This document shows, one piece after another, positions 39,244-55,103 of a DNA stretch of 64,000 bases (position 1 is its first letter; each line of letters opens with the position of its first letter). A program made the position numbers and the translations under genes. A model generated the notes under the pieces. The model had not been told where the DNA came from and searched no databases. It was given only the letters and a program-made list of their open reading frames with translations. Source of the stretch: Dictyostelium discoideum (lineage: Eukaryota); contig CM000152.2 in NCBI GenBank assembly GCA_000004695.1, positions 5,568,001 to 5,632,000 of the forward strand. Reading direction: 5' to 3'.

Positions 39244-41652
39244 TTAATGTTTAATATCAAGTTCATTTTCACTTTTTATTTGTATACCCAATTCATTTGC
39301 TTTATTTAATTTTGCAATTGCAGGTTTTTCACCAATTAATAGAATTTGAGTAAAAGAATTTATTGATGATTGAACTTTTGCATTAAATTTTCTTTGAATA
39401 AAATCTTTTACAAAATCTCTATCACCCAATTTAAATTTACCAGTAATTACAATATATTTATTTGATAAAAAACTATTATTATTTTCATTATTATTATTAT
39501 TATTATTATTACCAATTTCTTCATTATTATCATTATTGTTATTATGAGTTAATTTTAAATTATTTGATTTAAATTTAAAAATTAAATAATCTAAATATTG
39601 TTTTTCAAATTGATCTAATGGGTTAAAGAAATTAAAGATTGATTCAGAAGTTTGTCTACCAAGACCAGATTGTAATTCAATTGATTCGATTGATGGTGAA
39701 TTAATTAGATTATCCAGAGATTGAAATTTCTCAGAGAGGATCTTTGAATTTGAGCTTCCAATACCAGGTATACCTATAGCACAGAGTAGTGAAGCTAAAC
39801 CACGTGATTTACTATCCTCAATTGATTCTAATAAATTATTAACTTTTGTATGACTAAAACCTTTCAATGATAATAGTTTTTCCTTAAATTGATAAAGTTC
39901 ATACAAGTCACCGAAATCTTCAATTAATTGATTCTCTAATAATACTTGAATTTGACTTTTACCAACACCTTGAATATTCATTGCTTTCTTATCAACAAAC
40001 CATGAAATTTGTTGAACTAATTGATTTGGACAATTTTCAGCAACACAAAAATAATCAACATATCCAACTCTATTAACTAATTCACTTTTTAAATTACATG
40101 GACATAATATATTACCATTTTCATTACATTTAAATAATGATTCAATATTATTGGTATTATTGGTATTGGTATTGGTATTGGTATTATTGATATTATCATC
40201 AAGGTTAGTAATTATTTTTGGAATTACATCACCAGCACGTTCAATTAAAACTTTTGAACCAATTTTAATATTTAATTTATTGATGTATGAGAGATTATTT
40301 AAAGTTGCACGAGAAATGGTAACACCATGAACTTGAATTGGTTCAACCAATGCAACTGGTGTAATTCTACCACTTTTACCAACTTGTAAAACTATATCTT
40401 TTATTGTTGAAATTTCACTCTTTGCTCCAAATTTATATGCAAAAGCCCATCTTGGTGATCTATTAATGTCTCCTAATATTCTTTGAATATTTATATCATT
40501 CACTTTTATAACTATACCATCAATATCCCAATTATGATTCTCTCTTTTTTTAAGTTCCCATTCTTTTATAAATTCTTCAATATTTTTTATATCATTATTA
40601 TTACCACCACCACCAGTAGATAAAGTTACAACTGTATTTGAACCATTATCAATTTGAAATCCCATTTTTTCAAAAAGTTTTAAATTCTTTGATTGTGTAT
40701 TACAACGTTCATCATCAATTATCATTTCATTGTCATTTTCCTTTTCATTATCATTTTCATTTTCATTTTCACCATTATTAATATTATTATTGTTATTATT
40801 AGTTGGTATAAAAAAGTATGGAAAGAAATCAAATTTCATTTGTTCATTTAATAATAATATTGGTTCAATATTTAATGAATCATTAGCATCTTCTTCAATT
40901 GATTTCCTTAGAATACCAGATACAATATTTCTTGTATTTTTATATTGATGTTGATCATTATTATCAAGTTTTAATTTATTTATAATTTTTAAATATGATT
41001 TATTTAAAACAACCTCACCTCTAATTTCAAAATCTTTATATTTCTAATTAAAAAAAAAAAAAGGAATTAATATTAAATAATAATAATAATAATAATTACT
41101 AATATTAGAAATAAAATAAATACGGTTAAATTTGAAGGTAAAGTTAATAAATTTTTAAGTGATGGAATAAATTGTAATGCATTTGTTGTGATATCTTCAC
41201 CAATTTCACCATTACCTCTTGTTAAAACTCTTTTTAATTTATTATTTTCATAAACTAAACTTATACCAATACCATCATATTTCAATTCTAAAGAGTATTC
41301 AATTTGTTGTTGTGGTTGTTGTTGTTGTGATGTTTGTTTTTTTAATAGAAATTTCTCAATTTTATTTTTGAATGCAATTATATCATCTTTTGAATAAGTA
41401 TTTTGTAATGATAACATTCTTGATTTATGTCTGAATTTTAATCCTCTATTATTACTATAATCACTAATTGGTGCTCCAACTTGATTAGTAATAGTTTGTT
41501 GATTAAATTTCTTTTCTAAAATTTCTAATCTTTTAAATAATTTATCATATTCGAAATCTGATATTTCACTTTTAGATTTATTATAATATAAATCATTATA
41601 TCTATTAATTTTATTTCTTAATTCTTCAATTTCAATTATTTCATTATTATTA

Positions 41653-41690
<38 letters not shown>

Positions 41691-41734
41691 GTTTATAGTT
41701 GATGTAGTAGTAGTAAATTTACTACTTTTTAATA

Positions 41735-41771
<37 letters not shown>

Positions 41772-41831
41772 ATTACTATTTTTAAAATTTAAAAATAAAG
41801 TCTTTAAATATTTTGATTGTTGCCTAAACAT
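39244..41831 (-). CDS. NAD+-dependent DNA ligase, bacterial LigA-type, full domain set Ia-NTase-OB-ZnF-HhH-BRCT. 2 exons, approx 41831..41124, 41043..39244 (835 aa). N-terminus resembles an organellar presequence.
   Basis: Ia: EISDFEYDKLFKRLEILEKKFNQQTITNQVGAP (cf. E. coli ISDAEYDRLMRELRELE...PTQRVGA). NTase: LELKYDGIGISLVYENNKLKRVLTRGNGEIGEDITTN (KxDG adenylation lysine). Across the intron: EIRGEVVLNKSYL...NTRNIVSGILRK. OB: PRWAFAYKFGAKSEISTIKDIVLQVGKSGRITPVALVEPIQVHGVTISRATLNNLSYINKLNIKIGSKVLIERAGDVIPKI. Zn finger: CPCNLKSELVNRVGYVDYFCVAENCPNQ. HhH: GVGKSQIQ, IPGIGSSNS. C-terminal BRCT. Poly-Asn insertions are typical of Dictyostelium. Start MFRQQSKYLKTLFLNFK. Confidence 0.85.
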
Positions 41832-41951
41832 GATGAAACAACTTTTTTATTTTTTTATTTTTTTTTATTTTTTTTATTTTTTGGAAATAAACGAACTTTG
41901 GTTATTTTCCAATCTTATTCAATTTTTTTTTTTTTTTTGAAATTTTGATTT

Positions 41952-42011
<60 letters not shown>

Positions 42012-42060
42012 AAATTTGTTAAAAACTTAATAAAAGGAACCACAGACTTTAAATAAATAA

Positions 42061-42232
42061 AAATACAAATATGACAAGTATGTTTTTAAAAAAATTTATT
42101 AGTATTCAATAAAAAGAAAATGATGATTAAATAAAATAAAATAAAACAAAATAAAATAAAACAAAATAAAATAAAATATAAATTTAAAAAAAAAAAATCA
42201 TTTTGTGAAAATAATAAAATATTAAATTAAAT

Positions 42233-42273
<41 letters not shown>

Positions 42274-42561
42274 CTAACAATTTGAATATATTTATCTATT
42301 TAATTATTAATATTTTTCTATATAGGAGGTAATCAAAGAGAAATTGATAGAAAAAGAGCAGAAGCTAGATCAAAGAAAGGACCACAAAAGGGACAAGGTG
42401 ATTCTTTACAAAGAAAAGAAAAAGATTTACAAGAAATTCAAAAGAAACAACAAATATTTGAAGAGAAGAAAGCAAAGGAAGCAGAAGATGCAAGACTTGC
42501 AAAAATTGCAGAAATTGAAGCAAAGAAAGCTGCTCAACAATTAAAAGGTGCTCAAATTTAA
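42061..42561 (+). CDS. SERF/4F5-family small EDRK-rich protein. 2 exons, approx 42061..42067 (ATGACAA) and 42326..42561.
   Basis: Spliced product MTRGNQREIDRKRAEARSKKGPQKGQGDSLQRKEKDLQEIQKKQQIFEEKKAKEAEDARLAKIAEIEAKKAAQQLKGAQI* matches the SERF N-terminal signature M(T/A)RGNQRE(L/I)(A/D)R. Donor GTATGT directly after a 7-nt first exon, acceptor ctatatag. The ORF-track frame (42344..42544) is an overlapping alternative frame. Confidence 0.7.
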
Positions 42562-42804
42562 ATCACCACCCTCTCAAAATATAATAATAATAATAATATG
42601 CATATTCCCCAATCATATCATATATACACTCTCCTGTTTTTTCTTTTTAATTTTTAAAAAAAAAAGGATGTAAATAAATAAAAAAAAAAAATAAAAAACA
42701 AATAATTTGTAATACTTAATCATTTAATAAATTTTATTTTATTACTTTTTTTTTTAATATAAAAAATATTAATTATTTATTTTATTATTTTATTTATTTA
42801 TTAT

Positions 42805-43967
42805 TTAATTTGTTGATGATAATGAAGCGGCATGTTTATCTTCCCAATATTGAATTCTTTTTGAACTAATTCTATGTTTTATTACATATTTAATAAAGAT
42901 ATCTTCATCAATTTCAAATGTTTCAAATGATCTTAAAATATTATAACATTTTTCAAAACTATCTTTATTTGCTAAAATTGATTCTTTAAAAAAAAAAAAA
43001 AAAAAAAAAAGGTCAGGATTTTGTTGTGTGTGTTTAGAATATGATATTATTTTTAATTTTTAACTTACTTTCATTTAATCTAAATAAAGCCATTGCAATT
43101 GAATAAACTATTGTATAACCTTCAGAGAAGATTAAATCCCAAACACGCAAGGAGATATGAAATGGGAAAGAATCTAAGAAACCAATTAGGAACCATTTTG
43201 TTGAATAAAGGGTGGTTGTTAAGTTAATATTATCTAAAGCATTTTTAGCAGCGGGGAAATAATGATTTAAAAGATTTTCAAAAACGAATGACATTCTTAT
43301 TAGACCTGGTAAACCTGATAAAAACATTGATCTCATTGAATATTCTGGTCTAGACATTAAAGATTGTAAAGTCCAAAAAGCATCTTCCTCTGATAGATAC
43401 ATCACTAATAAAGAAGCGATCGAACTCATACCTTGAGTATAGCCAACACCTTGGTCGTATAGTGAATAAACTTTCAAGACATTGAATAATGATACTTGAC
43501 CCATACCATAACGTTCTCTAAAAAATATATGATTTCTATAAGCTCTATTAACATCCAAATCTATATAAATCTCATTTGCAGAATGTTGATTCACCAATTG
43601 ATTGAATAAACCTGGATTCCTGGATTTCTCTTCTTGAGCATGTGATAACAATGGCCAAACCTCTGATCTCATTCTATCGGGTATACCTTTAATAGATCTA
43701 GATTTAAATTTACCTGTAAACTTGTGATTCAAATTATATCTCTTTATCATTGCATTCCATTTAATTGATCTTTCCAATTCTTTTTCAATCTCTTTTTTAT
43801 TCTTTAAAACACTTATATTTGATGTTAATCCACTATTAATAGTTGATCTTCTTGTATATTTTCTAGGTACTGGTGCAATTGGTGGTGATGGTGGTTCATT
43901 ATTAATTTCTTCATTTGTATTATTATTTGTATTATTATTTGTATTATTATTACTTGTATTATTATTT

Positions 43968-44004
<37 letters not shown>

Positions 44005-45253
44005 CATTTGAATTATTATAACCATACTGAATATTACCAAAACGATCTAATTTATTTAAAATTTTAATATCTTTATAATCTGAATAATCTTGTATTGATT
44101 GACGATAGGTATGATTATGTCTATTTAATGGTTTATAATGATATCTAAGGGAGATATCAGCACCATTTTGAGTTAGAGTTGTTGCTATATCATCATAGCC
44201 ACCATCCATTGCTAAATGAAGTGCTGTTTTTTGCTTTTTATCAATTTCATTAACTTTACAACCTTTTAATACTAATAATCTTGAACATTCAGTTTTACCA
44301 TTTGCACTTGATAGTATAATTGGTGTTCTTTCCAATGAATCCTTTTGATTCACATCAACATTATAATCCAATAATAAATTTAAAATTGTTGAATCACCGT
44401 TTCTAATTACTAAATGAATTGGACTTTCAATTTTTGTTGATTTTTTATAATATTCTAATAATTCATCAATTTCATTATTTGAATTATTTAAATTATTATT
44501 ATTATTATTATTACTACCACTACCACTACCACTACCACTACTACTAGTTGTAGTATTTTCATCTATATTTTCATTTAATGTTACAGTTTTATTTGGATCA
44601 GCTCCATATTTTAATAATAATAATACTATATCATTAAAACAATCAGATTCAATTGAAGTATATAATAAAGTTTTACCAGTTGATTCAATTGTTTTATTTA
44701 AAATTTCTTTAAAATTAAAATATTTATTATTTTCTTTAATTTCTTTCTCTCTTTCTAAATAAAGATTTAAATTTTCTTGAGAATATCTTATGGATTTTTT
44801 TTGTTGTGGTTGTTTCTTTTTTTCTATTTTCTCATCATCTTCATCATCTTCATCATCTTCCTTGTCATCATCTTTTATTATTTTTTCATTTTTTAAACCA
44901 GATAAATTCTCTAAATATTGACTTAATAAATTTGAATTATTTTCTTTAATTATTGATAAAATCTTATCAAATATTTCGTCCTTATTATCTTTTATTGCTG
45001 TTGAATTGTTTAAATATTTTTCTACTCCCTCGTTAATTTGTTGTTGTTGTATAATTGTTGGTTGCGGTATATTTTCGATTTCTACATTTATAGTTTCATT
45101 TGTTGTTATTGTATTGGTGGTTGTGGTTGTTGTATTATTATTATTTGTATTTTCCTTTATCTCCTTTTCTTCTTTTTCAATAATTATATTATTGTTGTCA
45201 TTACTAATATCTTGTGGTAAAGTTTGAGACTTTGTCTCTTCACTTGGATCCAT
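42805..45253 (-). CDS. TBC-domain Rab GTPase-activating protein with N-terminal ankyrin repeats. 2 exons, approx 45253..43069, 42983..42805.
   Basis: ANK: LLLKYGADPNKT..., SPIHLVIRNGDSTILNLLLDYNVDVNQKD, TALHLAMDGGYDDIATTLTQNGADI. TBC: IPDRMRSEVWPLL...IYIDLDVNRAYRNH (Arg finger IxxDxxR)...VGYTQGMSSIASLLV (YxQ Gln finger)...LRVWDLIFSEG. GTAAGT donor after ...LNESK. The last exon encodes KSILANKDSFEKCYNILRSF.... Confidence 0.8.
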
Positions 45254-45800
45254 AATTTACTATTATAGTAATAATAAAAATAATGGTGGTGTTAAAATAA
45301 TAAAAATAAAAATTTAAAAAAAATTAAAAATTTAGATTTTTTTTTTTTTTTTTTTTTTTTCAAAATAAAAATAAAAATAAAAATAAAAAAACAATACTCA
45401 ACGGTAAAAGCGCGGAATTAAAATAATAAACAATTATTTTTTTTTTTTTATATATATTTTTTTTTTTATTATTTCATTTTACAACAAGCCTCGTGCTCAC
45501 TTTTGTAATATTTTAAAATCTTAAGATTTAAAAAAAAATAATAATAAAAAAAAAAAAAATAAAAAAAAATAAAATATTTTAATAAAGATCTAATTATAGA
45601 TTCAAATTTTCGGTATCCTTTTATCTATAATAATCATATATTAATTGACTTTTTATCTATTTATTTTTCCATTTTATTTTATTTTATTTTATTTTTTTAA
45701 TTATTTTATATTGGTTTATTTTTATTTTTTTTTTTTTTTTTTTTTTTTATATTTTTTTTTTAATATATATCTAAGGTGTGCCTAATTTTATTTTTATTTT

Positions 45801-45834
<34 letters not shown>

Positions 45835-45857
45835 TATTTTAATTCCAGGATTTCCAT

Positions 45858-48404
<2,547 letters not shown>

Positions 48405-48529
48405 ATTATAAATTATATTTTACAAAAATATAATTATATAAAATAAAAAAATAAATAAAAAATTTATTTATTTATTTATTTAATTTATATATTAATTATT
48501 ATTTTTTTTTTTTTTTTTTTTTTTTTTTG

Positions 48530-48562
<33 letters not shown>

Positions 48563-50014
48563 ATTAATAATATGGATAGGAGAAGAATAAAAAAATAAAA
48601 TAAAGAGATAAAGAGAGAGAATGAAAAAAGGAGATATTGAAAAGTAAAAATAAAAGTAATTGTCCTCTATTGCAAATTAAATTTAATTTTTTCAAAAATA
48701 ATATGGTATTATTTGTTTAAAATTAATTATTAAATTTTTTTTTTTTTTTATTTATTTATTTATTTTTTTAATTATTATTATTGTTTTTATTTTTATTTTT
48801 AATTTTTAAAATTGTTATTTTTAAACTATCGATTATTTTTAGAAAAATAAAAATAAAAAAAAAAAAAAAAAAGAAATTCCAATTTTTATAAAAAAAAAAA
48901 TTTTATAATATCTATTTAATTTAATATAGTAATTAATAAATTAAGACTTTTTTTAAATAATACGTGATCTTGTGTGTGGATTTTTTTATTTTTAAAATAA
49001 GAAAATAAAAATAAAAAATAAAAAATAAAAAAAAAAATATATAGACTTTCCCAGTAATGTCATTGATAATTAAACAATGTACATTCAACTCTCCTATCCA
49101 ATAAATTTATGGTACGGTTTGTGGTATGTGTAATAAAAATAAAAATAAATATTATGGGGTGGTTGTTCCTTTTTTGTGGTTAAAAATTTTATTACTATTG
49201 GATTTATTTAATTATTTTAAAAATTTTATAAAAATAAAATTAAAAAAAAAAAATAAAATAAAATAAAAAATAAAACAAAACTCCCAATATTAAAAAAAAA
49301 TGGTGTAGGAGTTCTATCAAGAATTTACCACTCTACTTCTTTATTTTTTTGATATTTTGGATATTTTTAAAAAAATTAATAAATGTAGTTTTTTTTTTTC
49401 TTTAAAAATTTTTTTTTCCCAAATATGTAAATAGCGAATTAGGGCGTCATCCTTTCTATTTATAGTTTTTTTTTTTTTTTTTTTTTTTTTTTATTTTTTT
49501 TTTTTTTCGATATTATTATTATGAATTTTTAAATAATAGTAAAATCAATGACCCCCCTATTGTTGCAACATAAATAACTGGTTTTTTTTTTTTATTTTTT
49601 TTTTATTTTTAATTTTATTTTTTTAATTGCGGGGGAAAATAAAAAAAAAAAATAATTGAATAAATCTACTAAAGAATAGTAGTTGGTATTTTAACAATAA
49701 TGTAAATCAATTTTAATTGATATATAGGATTTTTAAAATTATTCTTTGTAAAATGGGTATAAAACCCCATTTTTTTTTATTTATGCAATGGTTTATATAA
49801 ATTAAAGTTTATTTCAGAATTTTAAAAAAAATAATAACCATTAAATAAAGGGGGTGGAAATCTTTTGGAAATAAAAATATTAATAAATATATATAAAATT
49901 AAGAGGATTATTTACTACTTTTAATTGGATTTTTTTTTTTTTTGTAATTTTTATCTAAAAAAAAAAAAAAAAAAAAAGATTCAAATATGGATAAAAATAA
50001 TATTAAAATTAATC

Positions 50015-50057
<43 letters not shown>

Positions 50058-50180
50058 TATTAAAATTGATTAATTTATAAAAAGACATAAAACTAATTTA
50101 TTAATAATTAATTAAATAAAAATAAATTTTCCAGAGTTTTTTTGCTTTTTGTTTATTTGGTCAATTTGCTACAAGTACAA

Positions 50181-50719
50181 TTATGCCTCAACACGTGCTT
50201 TGGCTTTAACATTAACAGTATCAGCTACGTTTGCCTTAACTCTTGCATGTACTGATAGGGTATCTAATAATCCAACATCTGCGTGGATGTCTAAATAAAT
50301 TATGTAATTTAAAATTAGTATAATAAATCTATTATTTTATAATATCTACTACTAAACATATTATTATAATAATAAAATAATAATAATAAAATTATAACAA
50401 TCATTAATTTCTTACCAATATTTGAATGTCCATTACCACCATTACCACCATGTCCACCGTGGGTTGCTGGTGATGTTTGTGAACCAGTTGTACCTCCAGT
50501 TGTGGTAGTTGCCCATGCTGAACTTGGTCCGGAAGTATTACCAAACTTTTTATTAAATTACAATAAATTAAATAACAAATTTTAGTAAATTAATTTCTTA
50601 ATTTAGTATTTTTAAAAAATAAAACAAAAAATTAAAAATAAAGGTTATAAAAATTTATAAAAACTTACAACAACAGAAATTAACAATACAATTAATAATA
50701 AAGCTGATAAAAATTTCAT
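50181..50719 (-). CDS. Candidate small secreted Gly/Thr/His-rich protein, ~95-100 aa, probably 3 exons. The exon-1 frame is uncertain by 1 nt in my reading.
   Basis: ATG at ~50719 encodes a hydrophobic leader (MKFLSA..., 17 aa) ending at a GTAAGT donor. Exon 2 (after aaaaag) encodes FGNTSGPSSAWATTTTGGTTGSQTSPATHGGHGGNGGNGHSNIG and ends at GTAAGA. Exon 3 (after ttatttag) encodes DIHADVGLLDTLSVHARVKANVADTVNVKAKARVEA*. No family assignment. Below the ORF-track size cutoff. Confidence 0.3.
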
Positions 50720-51485
50720 TTTTTTTTTTTTGTACAAAAAAGATTAATAATAATAATGATTCTTTTTAAAAAAAAAATATTTTATATTTATAATCAAAAA
50801 AAAAAAAAAAAAAAATAATAAAAAGTAAAATAAAATAAAATTTTTAAATAATAAAATTAAATTAAAAATTGATTTAAGAAATTAAATCATGATTTTTAAA
50901 AAAGTTCGATAACGGTAACCACTACCTCTATATTCGATTGTTTAATTTATTTATTTCAAAGAAATTTGTAAAACAAGCATATATCGTTATTTACACAAAA
51001 TCATGAAATAAATTAAAATTTTAATTAAAAACTATTATAATTTAGTGTCTTTAATTTTATTTACAAATTTTATTTTATAAAAATTTTGTAAAATTGGAAA
51101 AAAAAAAATTAAATCATAATACTAATATGGGAATGGGGTAAATTATTTTTTTTTTTTTTTTTTTTTTTAATATTAATAGTTGCCTGTTTTGATTAAAAAA
51201 TTTATTTTAATTTCAAAAATATGAATTTTAATGTTTTAAATGTATTTAATGTTTATATATACTTTTTTTTTTTGTTTTTTTTTAATTAAAAAAAAAAATA
51301 AAAATATATTTTAAATAAAAAAATAAAAAAAGAATAAAGGGGTTATTAAATTATGCTATCTAAAATCTGCAAAAAATTAAATTTACAAATATTTTTAACT
51401 TTGTATAATTTTAAAATACTATTAATTATGATCAATAATCTTTAATAATAAAAAAAGTAATTTGTCAAAAAAGCAAATATTAAAA

Positions 51486-51516
<31 letters not shown>

Positions 51517-52093
51517 ATTTTTTTTTTTTAAAATAAAAATTAATATTAAAAATATTTGAGATGGGTGAATAAATAAAAATAAAAGTTTTAGGAAGTAACC
51601 CTATATGAATGGTAGCTTGTTTAAGAATTAAAAAAAAAAAAAAAATTTTAAGGGTTAGATTGTTTATTGCAATTAAATGGTGAAGATTTTTAACCATAAA
51701 ACACACCATTTCTAATTTTAAAAAACAAAAAAGAAAAAAAGAAAAAAAATTATTTATTAGCTTTTTTTTTTTTTCATAATATTTAAATATATTTAATATA
51801 TGTTTGAGGGCATATTAAATATTAGGATTGAAACTAGTTAAAATAAATTGGATAAAAAGATATTAACAATAAACTAAGATAATCTTTTTTTTTTTTTTTT
51901 TTTTTTTTTCTTAAACAATTAATATGAATGATAACCTATGAATTAATTTTACAATCGATTTCTTTTTTTTTTTTAATTAAAAAATTATTAAAAAAATGTG
52001 TGAAATTAAACCACCATTTAAGAAATCGAGGGAAAAATGAAAATTATATTAGAAAAAAAAAAAATTAATATTAAATGTTAAAAAGAAAGTATG

Positions 52094-52130
<37 letters not shown>

Positions 52131-52590
52131 TTTTTGATTAAAAATAAAACAAAAAAAAAAAAATTAAATTCCATATAAAAAAAATATAGGATTTATCTTA
52201 ACAAATACAAATATCAACTAACCGTTCTCCATTTTCAATTAAAATAAAAGATAATGTAAATAATAAACCATTGTTTTAAATAAAACTACCTTTGACCCTA
52301 TTTTTTTTTTTTTTTGTCTCAATTTGTTTTTTTTTTTTTCAAAATATTAATTTATACCCAAAAAAATCAAATCCTCACCTTTAAAATTGATTCTCTAAAA
52401 AACAATATATAATATTTAATATATTGTTCCCTAAAAATAAATATAACTACTATATATATAAATAGCAATTATCACCATTGGTAATAAAAATAATTTTAAA
52501 ATAAAACTTAAAGTGTTTGTTTTTTTTTTAAAAAAAATCATTTATTTCTAAAAACACATATGTATTTTAAACATAAAAGGTAGGTTTTTT

Positions 52591-52640
<50 letters not shown>

Positions 52641-52710
52641 CTTTTGGGAGATTTAATAAATGAAAAAATAATAGTTCGCAACACTACTTTATCCACCATG
52701 TAAATTTTTG

Positions 52711-52741
<31 letters not shown>

Positions 52742-54020
52742 AAAATTTAGAAAGATATCGATTAAATATTAATTAACAATAATAATATGTATATTTAATT
52801 ATTTTTTATTAAAAATAATATTGCTATTGTTTTAGAATAATAAATCAAATAATAAAAAATAAAAAAAAAATTAAAAAATTTTTTTAAAAATCTATTATCA
52901 AAAGATTTTAATCTTTTAATCATCTATTTGTTTTTTTTTTTTTTATTTATTTAAATATTTGATATTAAAAAAAAAAAAAACAAAAAAATTAGGGTTTTAA
53001 TTTTTTACATTCTTTCTAAAACATTGAGAAATAATAAAAATGAAAAATAATTGTAGTATACATAAGCATAAACCAATTTTAATATACAACTAATATTTTT
53101 TTTTTTTTTTTTTTTTAATTTTTTAAAAACAAAATAATATTTATTTCTTTTTTAAATAATAATTTTTTTCTTTTTTTTTTTCACCATTCACCAATTCTCA
53201 CCACCATCAATTTCTTTTCTGGATTCTTGTTTTTTTTTTTTTTTTTTTTTTTTTAATTTTATTTATTTATTTATTTATTTAGAGGTTGGAAAAGCCATGG
53301 ACTTAAAAAACAATGAAATGGGTGATAATTTTGAAATACCCAAAATTCATGTTACACTACCAAAAGAAGAGTCTGAAAAAATTACAGAAATTGGTAAAGT
53401 TTTTTTTTTTTTTTTTTTAGGTTTTCAAATACTAATTAAAAAATTAAAATAATTATTAATAATAATTAATTATAATTATAATAATTATAGGTAATTGGGA
53501 AAATAATAATATAAAAAATATAAATTTGGAAAATAATGAAAAAACTCGAAAGGCACTTGTAAGTATTATAAAAAAAAAATTAAAAAAAAAAAAAAATCAC
53601 AAAAAAAAAAAAGTAGTATTTTCATATAAATTTGGTAGATTTATTTTTTTTTATTTTATTTTATATTATTTTTTTTTTTTTATTGATTTGTTTTTATTTG
53701 TATTTTTGGGTTTCATACCTTTTTTGTGGAGTATTAAAACGTCGGCAATGAAAAAAAAAAAAAAAATTTTAATTACCGATAGTGATCATATGTTGTCAAA
53801 AATATCAAAAATATCCAAAAAAAAAAAAAAAAATTAAAAATTAAAAAAAAAATAATAAAAAAATGAGAAAAAAAAACACAAAACAGTGAAGGGGTTTTAA
53901 TTTAATCAAAAAAATAGTTTTTTGCACCTTAATTATTATTTTTTTTTAAAATTTTTTTTTTATGCGAGGGCGAAACCCCACACCCAGCTTGGAAAAACAT
54001 AAAATTCAAGATGTGTGTTT

Positions 54021-54070
<50 letters not shown>

Positions 54071-54572
54071 TAAATAATTTTTAAAAAAAATTTTTTATGT
54101 GTTTCACATTATTTTATATATTTTTTTTTTTTTTTTATTGTAACACCACCTAACACACTTTAAAGAAATACACATATACAAAAAATAAAAAAACCTTAAA
54201 CAAAAGGCTTTTTTTTTTTTTTTTTTTTTTTTGTTGAATCGTTTTTTTTTTTTTTTTTTTATTTTTATAAAAAAAAAATCTTTTTTTTGTTGTATTTCAG
54301 ACTTTCTGTCATTTTTTTTTGTACGAAAACAATAATAAATAAAATTTAAAAGTCGTTTATTTTGGGAACAAATCGATCATTATTTCCTTTAAAAATAAAT
54401 ATTAAAAAAAAAATAAAAATCGCAACATTATAATTATAAAAAAAAAAAAACAGAGAGTCCCAACCAACGGAACTATTAAAAAAAAAAAAAAAATTAAAAT
54501 TAAATAAAATTAAATAAAATTAAATAAAAATAAAATAAAATAAAAAAAAAAAAAAAGTTAGGAGGTGTTGCA

Positions 54573-55058
54573 ATGAGGAAAGGAAATTCCGAAAGGGGTG
54601 ACTATTTAATACTATCAACCAACGATGATACTATTAATAAAAAAAACAACACCATTTTACTCGAGGAAGACGAAGAAGAAGAAATAGAGGAAAAACCCTT
54701 ATTATTGCCAACTACCTCCAATAACTATACAAATAATAAAATACAAATAGATAATAACAGTAATAATAATTATATAATAGATAAAAATAATATAAATAAT
54801 AATAATATTATTGCGTCCTCTTATCCTACTACTTATAATAATAACAATAATAATATGACTGGCATAAACGATAATAATAGTGAAAATGATAGTAATAATA
54901 ATAATAATAGCGAAAATAATTTGGGTGGAATAACGATAGATAAAACGAATACAGATTTACTAACAATACATAATAATAATATAAAACCAAATTTTAAAAA
55001 GAATATATTAACTCAATTAAAACAAACTATAGTGGCTGGTACCGGTAAGATATAATTA

Positions 55059-55103
<45 letters not shown>

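Noticed and set aside
53297-53558. Two candidate coding exons (MDLKNNEMGDNFEIPKIHVTLPKEESEKITEIG | GNWENNNIKNINLENNEKTRK...) with GTAAAG/GTAAGT donors, ~1 kb upstream of the phosphate transporter.
   Set aside because: No downstream in-frame acceptor or exon could be found. There is no homology, and the transporter ORF has its own ATG with upstream stops nearby. It could be an unannotated small gene or chance ORFs. Not reported as a feature.
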